The notes under the pieces: generated by a model
What the model was told of the DNA's origin: nothing
Databases searched by the model: none
The model's input: only the letters and a program-made list of their open reading frames with translations
From: Leptogorgia sarmentosa
Taxonomy: Eukaryota
DNA length: 64,000 nucleotides
Reading direction: 5' to 3'
NCBI GenBank assembly: GCA_964658305.1
Contig: OZ210884.1
Coordinates: 3,720,001 to 3,784,000, forward strand
Made by a program: the position numbers and the translations under genes
Shown: positions 13,420 through 27,260 of the stretch, piece by piece
Numbering within the stretch: the stretch's first letter is position 1
Layout of the letters: the number at the start of each line of letters is the position of its first letter

Positions 13420-14860
13420 CAGCAAAATTCGTGCCAGGCAACACTAACCAAGACAATGAGAAGACGTCAGGAGAGTTAGACAATCCAGCTTAATAGCAAA
13501 ATTTAAACATGCAGCGACCTCGCACTGTTATCATGTAAATGTGACATTTAAGTATAGAGATTAGAGACCTTACTAAATTAACACCTAATTTATGTGTTAG
13601 AGAGGCATTGCGTATAAAAAGATCCATGATTGTAAACACTGATAAAGATGATAAGACGTCACAATAAAAAAACAGTCGAGTGTAATAATGAGAAATTAAG
13701 ACAGTGACTTCATTGTATACAGTTATCATATATGTGTAAATGTATATAGCGACCACGCCATTAACCCCTATATATTACTAGTGGCTATTACTTGTTATAG
13801 GGATAGATTGTTTATGAATGTCCATGGCTGTAAACAGTCAACACTATAGCTAATTAAAACATAGTTAAAAAGACGTCAATCGGACTACGCCACTTCAGCT
13901 TTGCAATACGCCATTTTGTCGACATTCGTTTTCTATCGCGTCGAATGCAATTAAACAGTAGATTTACCTGGTATATTGCTTCAATCGCATTCAACACGAT
14001 GGAAATTCGACGTACTTAAAAGTTATTAGGTAAGTCGCTTTCATGTACTGCTATGTAAATATGGCGACCTGTCATTAAATGCCTATCATTTAGACAGATA
14101 TTGTGTAAAATACAAAAAAAAAATTCGTGCTAGTAAACATAACCCAAGACAGCGCAATACGTCAAAATACAAAGATCATCAACTAAAGATCAAAACACTT
14201 AAAAAATATAACACATGCGCGGCATTATCCACAGATCAAATAAGTACAAATTAAATACGTCAAAAGAAATGACAATCCAAGCTTGATAACAAAGATTAAA
14301 ACATCGATAAGTCCCAAGTAATTATGCAAATATGGCGACCACCTAATTAACAGCCATCATGATGTAGAGGGGTGTTATGCTGTCTTAGAATGGGGAAAAA
14401 TACGTGCTAGAAAACACAAACAAGAACGATGAAACACGTTGAAAGAAATGTAAAAATCCGCGCTCAAAAGCAAAGATCTAACAAGCGATAGCCTCCCTAT
14501 AATTTGTATTGTGACGCAAATATATGGCGTCTATATAGGTATTGTCTGAGAATGAAATGAGGAAAAAAATCGTGCCAGTAAATACAAATGAATACAATGA
14601 AATACGTACGTCAAAACGACTTTGACAATTCATGCTTAATAACAGATATTAAACAAGCGATAGTTTCCTAGTACTGTTATGCAAAAATGGCGACCTTTGC
14701 TGTTCACGCCCATTGTCACATGGGTAGTAGACTAAGTGTGTATAAGCATAAAGTATATAATAAAGGGTTTGTGCCAGAAAACACTAATTAGCTAACTAGT
14801 AAAAGACTTCAAACGATATATTTTGACAGTCCGGCTATTGTGATAACAATTTAAACAGTG
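13420..14860 (+). repeat. Degenerate tandem repeat, unit about 170-280 bp
   Basis: Anchor GTGCYAG at 13431, 14127, 14404, 14572 and 14771; ATGGCGACC at 14061, 14332 and 14687; shared ACGTCAAAA...GACAATCC blocks. Confidence 0.7.
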
Positions 14861-17800
14861 AGTGTCTCTCATCTCAAGACTACAAGCATTGAGAAGTTTT
14901 TAAGCTTAACAGTAACTCTTTCTCGTTCGAGGGCCCTTCGAATCATCAAGCTTGAAAGACAGCGTTTTGCTAGGGTATTGTAATCAGCCGAAATTACCGC
15001 ACAATTCAGTAAGGGGTAGCGAAAAAAAACCCAAACCAGTATAAACACTCGAACTGTCATAGCTGCTTCTTGTTTCTATTACGGGTAGTTACATCACATC
15101 ATACACAATTGTATGTAATTTTATTACTAGTATACGTCTAATATCGTTGTATGCTGAAAGGTGTATTTATGTCAGGTTTGGCACTTTCATATTCACATGC
15201 ACGAAAGCACGGAAAATCGAAAACAACCTATTTTTAATCATGGGTTGGTTTCAGTTGTTTATCGAACACTTGCTGGTTCCAGAACAAACGTTAATTAGAA
15301 GCGATCTAAACTTCCGGCCGCGTACGTGCGGCCATGCAGTCCTCGTGTACAATAGTAGCAGCGGATAACAACAACATCAACAAACGTTTTACTCACTACC
15401 TAAACAATACTCTGTTCTACCCGAACGATAGCTACTTGTCACTTGTGTACACTGACACGCAACTTTTAAATCATTTCTACACTTTTTTGGAACTCACGCG
15501 GTATCGGGTGATTAATTCAGTACATAAGTTTGTTTATATAAATAAGAACGCAACCAAAATTCTAAACCCTCTTTCAATAAGAAAAAAAAATATTTTTACA
15601 AGCCATATAAATATACTTTTTGCGTAAATTTACGATACTTTTGAGCGGGTTGTATGAAATTTTCTCGTAATTGTTTGTGGGCGCATGAGAAACGCCCAAC
15701 TGAAACGTATTCTCGAGTTAAATATAGCGTTCACAGTTGAAGCATGTTAGTGTAAAACCACAATACTTCTCAACGGAATTCCGTTTGAGAATTTCACTCT
15801 GATTTATGGGACAAATATTTGCATTCATTGGCAATATAGAACGAGCTGCATGGAAAGCGCAACATCCACAAATAAGGCAAAGGAAGATTTACTGCCATGT
15901 GAAGATGCAGTGTTTCTGTGTCAAATTAGGAATAGGTGCGAAGTAAGACAATATTTATGTGACATCAGTAGACCAGCCGGAGCTGAGAATGCCTGAGATT
16001 GTACTAATTTAGTGTTTCTGGACTTCGTAAAGTGGGCCGGATGACACGGCATGTGAAAAATAGATTGTTCAGGAACATTGCTTTTTGATACGTGCAGTAT
16101 GTGAAATATTTCAGAAAAATCAATCTTTGAATTTGTTATGAAACATATGGGTTACGACCCTCGTTATATTTGTATTTACCCTTATACGTAGTGTCTATAT
16201 TCTCGAGTGTTAAAAACGTCAGTGCCCCACCTTTTGATGAGATTAAAGTTGTGAATCAGTACATTAATTTTTAAATACCTCGCATTTATGATTTCGAGAT
16301 CATTCATGTTTTAATGGTTTCAAAAATATTCTAAAGCAACTTCGATTCAGTATATATAGTAGAATGTATGGTGATAAGTTTGTCACTAATTTTAAGCATA
16401 TATATATGTTCAAGAATAGAAATTCTATTTATACTGAAAACCCAATATTCTTTTCTCAAATGAGCTTGTATGTCAGTCGTTGCATGAAGTTTCTGGAATT
16501 CGCCGTTATAGAATTTCTGGAACTTGTCAGCCACAACGTTATCGAACGATAACACAATATCATGAAGCTAAGAGCCAAAAAGCGCTATTGTAAATATTCT
16601 ACAGTAGCAGATTCAATTTGCTATTTTTCCAGTGTTGACTCAGTGACAGTTCGTGACTGCCAACTCTCGTTTCACCCAGTCTAGCTGAAGTCTTAGCAGT
16701 TATCCAAATTTTCCCATGTGTAGTACTGTGTACACGAACGATGCCGTGGTTCTATACGCATGCATCACCAATTCAAGGCAATATAGGTGTCAATTTATTA
16801 GCTACAATGTTTCGGCTAATTTGAATTTCAAAGCTCTACTTGTTTTTGTATTTCTATAGCTCTAGCGATTAATGCTCTAAAGAGGCTTTTGTGTAGCTAT
16901 AATGTAATTTTTCCCGTTTCGATTCCTGGCATTTTGGCGTTGTTTGCGGAGAAACTAGCTAATTAAAATATGCTTTTGTGAACATTATACGAGGAAACGC
17001 GTTCTTTCAGGCCTACACGTAGAAACTAATTCTCTTAGAACATAATTGCTTTAGCGCATTAAACGAGGAAACCGACCTTTCGTTCCTTCTAGTTTTATAT
17101 ATACACGTATAGAACGGTATAAGTTAAATTTTATTTCCTTAATCCTGATTTTCTATTAATTCCGCGGTGCCAGTTTGTTTTGCGTTTTCCATGAAGAAAT
17201 ATCTAAAATATGTAGCATCAAGCAAGAAGTCCTGTATGATTTCTTTGTAGTTCTTTTCATAAAAAACCGAGATCTTTACTTCCTTTCACACAGGAGAGCA
17301 GAAACCTCGTTTCCTCATTCCTATAGTCATTGAATGGGAGGGACATCTCAATTTGCGCGTTCTCCGTTACTCAAAAAAAATTATAAAACATGTCGTGTTG
17401 AGCAACAAATATCATAATTGCTTTAGTACATACTCACAAGGACACAAATCCTGAAATGCTCGTACACGCCGAAACAGCTCAAACGTTCATTTCCTGATTT
17501 CATAATAATTGGTTTAAAAAATTTTAATGACGGTGAATTATTAAATTCCTGTTGAGACATGTAAATTGATTTTCAATTATCGTACACTTGAGAAGGAGGA
17601 ACAATTTTTTTAGAATTGAAAACTAGCTGGTTCAAATAGTCATTTTACCCCATCAAGATGCCAAGCATCACCAACAGTTCTACTCGTTACTCTACTCGTG
17701 GGAAAGAATTGTACTCATCAAAACGCTTAGTCTTCATGACTACACTGTTTAGGTATTGTGAGTAAGGCACGAATTGTCATCTTATCCCTACCATGCCAAG

Positions 17801-20800
17801 ATATGAACAAGCGAAGGCTCTGCTGAGCTCACTACTTTAACGTTACAATAACATTCACCCGAGGTTAACCCGCTGATCACATTCGCTTTTTGTTTGTTCT
17901 CGCGAAAAAATCTGGCTTAATGATTGCATTGTTTATTGGTATAGTGAGTAAACATTTTCTGCTTGTCGATGTTGCTACCGCCATCTATACTGGCCAAATA
18001 CTGAAGTTTGTTATGGCATAAAATTAATAGGTATTATGAGATACGCTTACATAGTAGCTAATGACGGCTCAAGCACAAATTACAAAAGTAATTAAGAAAT
18101 CATTTAAACTATTACTTTTCTCTGTTTAATACGTTCACATGGTAATGCCGCTTAAGGCGCAAATTACAGTAATTAAAAAATATTTAAGCTAGTTTGTTTT
18201 CTCCTGATACGAACCAAGGATAATTTGCTAATATCTGTGTCAGCGTGATGGATTAAGGTGTTCAAGTATCCAGTAGCAACAGCCCATATTGTTAAGCAAA
18301 TAGCTAATTCACCTTCGTCGAACTTCGTCGTTGAGTCAGTTAAGTGTAGTTCAAACAGAAGAGATGATCAATAAATCACTTCCTCTTTTTTCAATTGCAT
18401 TCGATTCGATCACCAATGTCTTGGAAACGTGATGTACTCAACTTTATTTTTAACCCTGTTATTTCACTTAAAAATTCATTTCAAGCCTATTTTCAGATAC
18501 AGCGACTAGAGAATTGTAAAATGTGACTTTTAACCTTTCACATTTTCCTCGTGAAACACCGGCCAAAAGTTACACTTGCATGTTTTCAAACAGCTTTCTA
18601 ACAACAATAATGGCAAAATCCTAGTAGTCAGAAATTACGTATACTAAAGAATTGCGAGTTGGTTTTCGGCTTTGTTATATATGTATCCAAAAGGAGTTTT
18701 GAAAGTCAATACATGGACAATTTTATAGACTTTAGAATATTTCTGTAAATGATGTTAATATAAAGTTCTGATATATGCATTAATTTAAGGTTCAGTTTCA
18801 CAGATTTCATATAACGTCTATATAAAGTCGTATCACGGATGTGGGCTATGTGCCGCCAGAAGCATTCAACGTTTCCAGTCCATTCCTCTCGATTGTTTTT
18901 AGCTTTGATTCGACGAACGTGAATTTTTGACGTCAAGTGTTAAGTGTTTTGCGTTACAGTAGAGTGTTCTTATACTCTAATTATTTTAATTTTGCGCATT
19001 TGAAAGTAATAATTGATCTTTATACGTATAAGGAGTAATGCATGCCGTTCAGGAAATGGGACGCCTCTCACGATTAAGGTCGTTCAAGGGTCCCGATAAT
19101 AATAATACAAGTATTTATTTTAACACGATGGTTTTACAGCATAGCTGATGTGGTCATGCAACTACGATTGGGACTGAACTTACACAGTGTTACAAACATA
19201 AAACATAAACGATTTGACATTCTATAATTACTTACACTAAAACTTATTAGTTATTGAAGTGCGTGCAAATGATGATGGAATATATAATTACAGTAAACAC
19301 ATAATTTTATGACCATTAACCCCAAGCAAGGAAATCATTCACTGCTGCCAAGGAAAAGGTAGGCCACATTGTTTGCTAGATTGCACATTAAGCAAACCAA
19401 TTCGAGCTTTGCGCATAATATTCATTACCTTCAGATATGATAAGTGGACACAAAATATACTGTAATTCGGTACAGTTCGAATGGAAATATAAAACATATA
19501 TAACAGTGTAAACACTGTGTTCACTTCAAAAGGGGGATTTTGGTCGAACAACCCACAGTCAGTAAATAATAAACAAGTTATATCGCTATCTCTATGTCAT
19601 CAATAATTAACTTACTTGAGATTTCAGTTCTTATTCTTAAAGCCTGATCGTATTTTTCTAAAAAAAATAAGAATAAGAATACAATAAACTTAAGTTAGGA
19701 ATAAAATAGCAATGCGCCAATAAAGCTGAGAGCCTATTTTGACAGCGCTTAGGTTGTAAGCAAAGTAAGAGGTCTAGAATCACAGTTAGCCGTTAGCAAA
19801 ATCCGCCATATTTGGGTGGCGTCTAGATCTGTTTTAAGGGTTAACGAAATTATTAGAGGTTCTATAACTATAGATTTACCGACATGAAAAATATAACCTA
19901 GCTCTCGCCTAAGCGTACATGCATTCAGTGAAAGTCACACTTTGCAGTGTTTTTTTTTCTTTAATGTGCAAGTTGCATCACCCAAAAATGGCGGATAAAT
20001 CTGGTATGAGAAAAGCATGCATGTTTCCAAGGGCGTAAATGCGCATGCGATGGGTCGATGTTAGTTTGGAATCACCCCACTTTTTGGCACAAGTGTGGTT
20101 TCAAAGGTCACCTCGATCCTTTCTGATAAGGAAGGAAATATTTCGAAGGACATGCCTGTGCCAATTTAAATATGAAGGGCGAACTTGAACATCTGATTGC
20201 ATAAAATGAAGCTATATCTTCCAACTTTGGCGATTTGCGTAATTTATTGATGCCATCATTAATATAACTTTAAGTGTTACCTAGCTATATCTTAAAAATG
20301 CTTATCAAATTATGTATTTTGTAACGCATTTTATGCGAATTTCAAACGATGCCGACTTCCTTAATCATCATAATTTCTCGGTGATTATAAAAAATCAAGC
20401 AATTCACTCGCTGGGGTTACCATGTTTGTATGATTAGATAATACTTTAATAGCATATTTCTCGTGCATGCCTTATTAACAAAGAGTGTAATATAGTTGGC
20501 AAAACTGGAGTAACAAGGCAGCAGCTATAGGCTATATAATAATATATTTCTCATGCAAGCATCCGATAGCAAAGATTATAATATAATTCGCAAAAGTCAG
20601 ACAAGTAACAGACCACTAACAGGCTGATCATATTTAGTTGCTAATATGCAAGTAATTTGTAATAATACGTGAACGGATATCTTCATCAAATAATTATGAA
20701 GTTTAATATTCCTTCACGTGGACTGAGTTGGTCTAACAATGGCCATGATTCGACACTGGCCGCACCAGTCATATTGGGGAATTTGGAATGGGGCACACAT

Positions 20801-20920
20801 TCATATATTATACAGGGTGTCTAAAAAAAGGCTAGACTTTGATATTCAAATTAGTCATAATTATATAGTGATCCGATTGTTCGAACATATAAAAATCATA
20901 AACCGAGCATATATATATAT

Positions 20921-21670
20921 GTTATTTACCAGCTGGGAGGTCCGTACTGGAAAATATTTTGTCGAGGTCTCAAAAACGGCCCGAGGCCGAAGGCCGAGGG
21001 ACGTTTTTGAGACCGAGACAAAATATTTTCCAGTACGGACCGACCTAAATGGTAAATAACTTATTTATTTTTTTCTCCTCGATGTTATGATAAAATTCGT
21101 CAAAAATTCCAGTGTTGCGAACTAGATTTTGAGATCAGTTTGTTTGTTTACTTTGCTACTCTATCGCAAGTATGGCTGCTAAACAGCCAAGACGAAGTGA
21201 GGAAAAACCCTTCAATATTGACGCATTTTCTTCCATATTCACGCATTTCCACTCAACATTACGATGAAAAAGGTAAACTTGTTAAGATTATTTATTTTCC
21301 CGGTCGTTTCACGATAGAAACATGGTTAAAAAACGCTTTAGACACCGAAATATTTCGCCGAGAATGTTTTGTTTTGTTTTGTTGATACTGACGAGACTTT
21401 TGTCTTTTGTATTTGTCGCTGTAAATACCCCCTAAAATATCCCGTAGCATAATAAAATGGACTTTCATGTGTTCTTTATCGCCTAAATTCGTTTTGAATA
21501 TTTTAATAAGCGGCCATTCAGTTTTAAAAAACAAAAACATTGACTATATTTGTATTAAATCTACGAGAATGCATGCGAGCGGTCCGTAAAGTAGGTTACG
21601 GACCGCTCGGCAACCAATCAGAAAGCTGTATTTAGGTTACGGACCGGGAGTTACGGACCGGAAAAAAATA
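20921..21670 (+). mobile_element. Non-autonomous element with a 140-nt terminal hairpin (possibly Crypton-like; class uncertain)
   Basis: Hairpin 20921-21060 centred on GGCCGAAGGCC. The right end has repeated TTACGGACCG and a CCAATCAG motif. A second copy lies at 46502-46906 in the opposite orientation. Confidence 0.7.
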
Positions 21671-24600
21671 AAAAGCTTTATTAGGTCTATATGAACACTC
21701 CTCATAATTTCATTAAATGAACGAAAGCCAAAGGCAGGAAACCATAAGCTGGAATGTTGAAATGACTATAACTATAAAGAGGTTGGTCAACTAAGTACTA
21801 ACATTAACACTTCTTGTTTTAGTAAAATGACAGACAGCCAAATCGTATAGCCGAAGCACAATATCATTAAGTGGTTCACTAACATTCCACTTATTATAAT
21901 GTCATTAAAACAAATCGAAAGCCAACCGAGACAAAAATTAGACCGACGATGCAATCAAAGATTCGTAAGGTCTACCTTCTAGAGTCAATCAATATATCCG
22001 TCTGCCGAACCTAAAATTATGATCATTGTTCTTTGTTCGAGTTTCTTTCCATTAGGTTCGGCACAGGAAAAGTTCGACGTCTGAACTAGGCCTAATTGAA
22101 AGATATCCCAACATTCTTTTTAATTTAAATTATTTCCTTATAAAATGAAAGTAAGGTTATCGACATAATGCGAGATCATTGACTATTATAAGTCAACAAA
22201 CATTTACAATTGATCTTTTTTCTTTACAATTTGATAATGGAACGCCAAGTCATAAAGCTAGACTTGACTGAAAATTCTAGCAACGTTCCATTAATCTTAA
22301 TTCGATAAATAGAAAGCTTTTCAAGTCATAAGCAAGATCATCAGAATGACTGTGAGGTCTACCAACATTCTTCTTTATTTCAATTAAATAAATTAATGAG
22401 GAAGAAGTGGGCTAACCTAATATTTCTTTCTATTTAGTGAATAATTTTTACTAACATTCACTAGTAATCAATGCATGTACTTTTTCAGAAATGATTTATT
22501 ATTATTATTATATTTATAAAGAAATTATTCTGTATTCCAAACTGATCTTATCGAACAATTTCACGTGTGAAATAGTATATGTGGATATATATATTGCGAA
22601 ATAATAATATAAGAGAGCACAGCTATATTCTAAGTATTCACCGCTATGTCAGATATCATGCAGTTATCTGGTTTATAATACAGTTCCAGCGGTGGCCCAA
22701 CTCAAGTGTCTTGCTACACCATTTTTATTGGTACTTAAGTTTACAATTGGCAGTTAATTTGCCGATTAACCCTAGACCTATCAATAATGACAACGTAATA
22801 GTCAATTTAACTGTTGATTGCTAAGCAAAGTGCCATATTAACTGACAATTATCTCAGCATGAGCTGTCTGGATTATATTGTGTATACTCTCACTGATTAG
22901 CCAGCAACTAAGAACTAGCTATGTAGTTAAGTCGTCTCGATAGAAATTTGGGGAGCAGAAATTTCAGAGTTTATATACCTTTATAGTTCACGAATTTATC
23001 TGCGAAGTTAATTGAGATTATTCTTCGGTCAGATTTATACACGTCAATATTTTGGTTCCTCTTAAGTACGTCTAGCAACAAATAATTAAAGTTTGTTTGG
23101 TTTAGACAAACCATAATTTTAGTTTTGTTGTATTCAATTTGATATTTCTGAATCGAAAAAATCGAACAAATGTTTTCGCAGTAAAGTACCGTATATTATA
23201 CTCTAAACGTCGAATTTTATTGTATCGTTTAGGTCGTGAGTGAACTTTTGCTGCCTTTTGCTGTTAATTGTTACCCGCTAGCTAGCACCATTTGAGCAAT
23301 AAATATTGAAAAGCTACATGGCAAAGTGGAATTATACCTTGAAATTTCAGGCTGTGTAAAGTTCTCGCAACCTAACTGCAAATTGACATTCGGAAATGGA
23401 AACTCGTTATAAAATATAACGAGTTTCCATTATATATTTGAGTAATTTTTGCGAATGATCAATTGTACACTTAGAGAGAATTTCTGCGTATGATATTAAT
23501 TATATTAGTTATTAATTGATGGAAACGTATAGAGTTGCCGCCAGATATCAGGGCTGCACGCGAGTGATCTCAAGGTTTTGACTGTATTCCAAGTCTTGCG
23601 TTCTCAGTATCGGAACGGGTAAAATTTGTCACAGGAGTGTCGCATAATTTTATCATTCTTTAATGTTTTTAATGTGAAAGAGCTTTAAAGGTGTTTAATT
23701 TATTACACACGTAAAATCGCACAAGTTGTGATCGACAAAATGAAATCTGCTGCAAAAAAATATCGTCGCCAAAAGTCCTTTGGACATGAATACATATAAT
23801 TTGTGAATCCTTTTATTGTGTAACTGAAACAGACTCGTTTTGTTGGAAAACAGGATGTGGTAGTCCCGTAGCTCTTTTCTTTCCTTTCCTTTCAGTTCTT
23901 CTTCAATTTTAAATTAAATTCTTCCATAATTTTCAAAATCAAACTGGATATGGGGATGGTTTATGGCCTATTTAGAGCCTAAATTAAAAATCTTCAAGCA
24001 ACGCAACACTCTTTGTCAGGATTGTGTGGTTGCAGCTTGTTACGGAAAGACTGTGTTTACTTATAGTTAGGCTTGTTGAAACAACTTCTAATAAATCTGA
24101 TATTATCACCATGCATGAACCTTGTAACAAGGATGTTGTTCAACACAGGAATTTTCAGAACAATTCGAACACGTCCTGGTATTGGCTTTACAACAACCTA
24201 ACTGTTTTACACCCTGTTGTAACCGAAGATATACATGCAACCTTAATACAACTTCGAAATTTAGAATACCACGAAAAATGTCTGAGAACATGAGCAAAAA
24301 TCGAGCATATAAACCATTCCAATACCAGTTTAATTTACAATATCTGAAATTTTACTGCTAATTTTGATGTTGTTATATCCGCTCCTCTGCAGTGACCACA
24401 TATTAGTGATTTTTTTGAGCTAGCTTTTTGAGCCTGTATACGCTAATGTGAAATTTCGAAAGTAGAATCAGCTCTTTCATTATATATATCTAATCTTGGC
24501 CGTTGTGCAATTCAAAATTATAATATTCCCACGGTTAAGGGTTACACAAGAGCAAGGTAATTCAAAGTCAAGATGAAGTCCTTGAATTGAGTCAAAATAG

Positions 24601-25469
24601 CTGAGCGTGTGCCAAAACCGAATACGATGGCATCTTACCATGCAGGAAGAGCGCTAATATTTGGTATGTACAGGAACATTTTGAAAAATGTATTTTTGCG
24701 AACGCACAGGAAGTGCTGTGGTTAGAATTTAAAAGCATCCAATATATAACGTGGAAAATCGAAAATGTCTTCATTTTTGCAGCTAATTACTTCATGCATT
24801 CGGGCATGTGCAACACAAGTGTAGCTAAATATAAATGAGCGCACTAATTAGAAAATGTTATCTAGAAGAATTGAAAGGAATCCCTTTAATTAACTAAAGC
24901 TACTGGGACTGAATTCATAAATTCATGAATGATTCTGTTATGTTTCCAGTTATTTGCTTTGTCAGTTTGAATTATAGTGGGGTTATATACCATATACCTT
25001 TTCAAACGATTTTTTTACATGTATGCGAGAGTCGTGCTCTTGCCTGTGGCCGACTTTTATTTTCATATAGTTTGGTAACAATAAAGAAAGAAGGATAGAT
25101 AGGATATCATGGTTAGAACAGATTCGACGTTTCGTGAAAAGTCCTTTGTTGGAAACTAGTGCATGTGCATCAAATTAAAATGGTTTGTGTGGGGATCTAT
25201 ATAGGAGCCAAAACACTATGACTCCAGCTACTTTAATTAATTGTTTAGGCTAACTTTAATGTTGGAACGTGTCTGATGCGACAAAGAGTTCTTGCCTTAA
25301 TGCTACCGGTCGGTCATTGGAACTAAAGTATATTTACACATTCGGGAAAATAATTCTGCGCCAGGCCATTTTCACATACACAACCAGGTTTTCTTTTACA
25401 ACTTACACGAGTCAAATATTTTTTGAATGTGTATATATTATGAACTTTCAATTGAAATGAAAGCGACTA

Positions 25470-27260
25470 TACTTGCAATAATACATAGGGATTGAAAAAT
25501 GTGCAGACAAGCAGCAATAGAAAAATACTTAGCTAAGTGTTTTCTAAGGCAATATTGCGTGCACCATTCATGAGAGCAGCCAAATGCCGTTTCGATAATG
25601 CCAATAGTACTGATGCATTCCTATATAGCTGGCACAAGGCGTTATCATGTTTTGTGCCAGACTTGCGTTCCAAACGATAAAGTCATGCAGGCCAATCTAT
25701 ATATACAGTATCTGGAGACTCTGGAGTCATGTTTTCTTGGCAAACCTTCCCGTACGGAAATTTGCGTTAATGTAAGGAACCCTATGTAGGTTTTCGCCGT
25801 TTTAGAATCTGCTTCGCTATTCATTTTAAGTTGAAATGATGACAATTAGAGTATTAACTTGTAGCATTAGTGGGACTAAAAAAATTAATGTGAAAACTGC
25901 AGTAAATGTACTCAGGCGCCAAGACATTGCATGCTAAAATGGCATACAGTCAAATTCCGCTTTGATAAATTGACAAATTCTTTAGTTTCAGTAACTTCCT
26001 ATAGCTGGCACAAGGCATTATTCTGTCCTGCGCTATAAACGTTCCAAGTAAAAAAGTTGGCGTAGCTGACTAGCTGTATAAACCAGTTCAAGTGATGAAA
26101 TCTTTGGCAAGACTTTCCCTAACTACGAACTATTTCAATTTGAGTATAGGTAAAAAGGTGTATATAGCTACGTTTTGGCCTTTTTAAATTGACGTTCAGT
26201 CCAAATTCGCAAGTAGTGTTCTCCCAGGTATAACATGCCGAAGGGCACTCAAATTCCGTCCTGATAATGCCAAATTCTTTACTGTTCTAATGTGACTTCT
26301 GCAATTATTAGGGCTACAAAAAATGTGAAAACTGCAATAGAAAATACTCAAGTGACTTCCATTTTCCAAGACAATACTAAAAAAGAGCAGTTCAATTTGG
26401 TTGTGATAGTTATAATGCCAAATTCTTTATAGTTCCGTGACTCCTATAGCTGGCACCAGGCGGTATTTTCTAGATAGCGGGGAAGGAGGGAAGACCATGG
26501 TGATTCTTATATAACAATGTGACTCAAGTCACAAAATTCCTGGCAGACGTTCTTCAACTATTTTAACTTGCGTATAGGTATAAAAGCGTATAAATCTTCG
26601 CCATTTTAATCGGACGTTTTTTAGACTCTATATGCATGTGCTATTCAATTGCAGTCTGGAATGATAACAGTTGACATGTGTGAGTATTAGGACTATACAA
26701 AATGTGAAACCAGCTACAGAATGCACTTAAGTGTTTTCCGAGGTATTGCATGCTGAAGCAGTCAAATTCCGTTCTGATAATGCCAAATTCTTTTTAGTTC
26801 CGGTGACTCACATGCTTCTAGCTGGCACAAGATATTATTTTTTGTTCAAAAGAAATCAAGTTTGTCTATACCTACAGTCGCTCAAATTTTGAAATTCCAT
26901 GCAGAACTATCCCCATCAAACTGTATGAATTTACATCGGTAAAAAACATATAGTTTTTTCCCTTTTGAAGTGACGTTTCAGAATCTACTTTACTATATTC
27001 AATTCTAATTTTATTGCATTTTAACGATTAGAGGTACAAAAAGATGAAAACAGCAACAGAACATACGTATAGCTACTAAAGTATTTTCGAAGAGACTGCA
27101 TGCCAACAAAGCTGCAGTGAAATTTCATTCTGATGAATTTGTTGTGCCAAATTCTTTCGTTCCACTATCAGCCTATAGCTGGGACAAGGCATTATTCTGT
27201 CTTGTGCCAGACGCCTACTCGAGTCATAATCTCTTGGCAGACGTTATACCGAACTATTTT
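25470..27260 (+). repeat. Degenerate tandem repeat, about 5 units of 360-445 bp
   Basis: GCTGGCACAAGG-like anchor at 25628, 26004, 26449, 26821 and 27178, with recurring TGATAATGCCAAATTCTTT and TGTGAAAACTGCA blocks. Confidence 0.75.
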
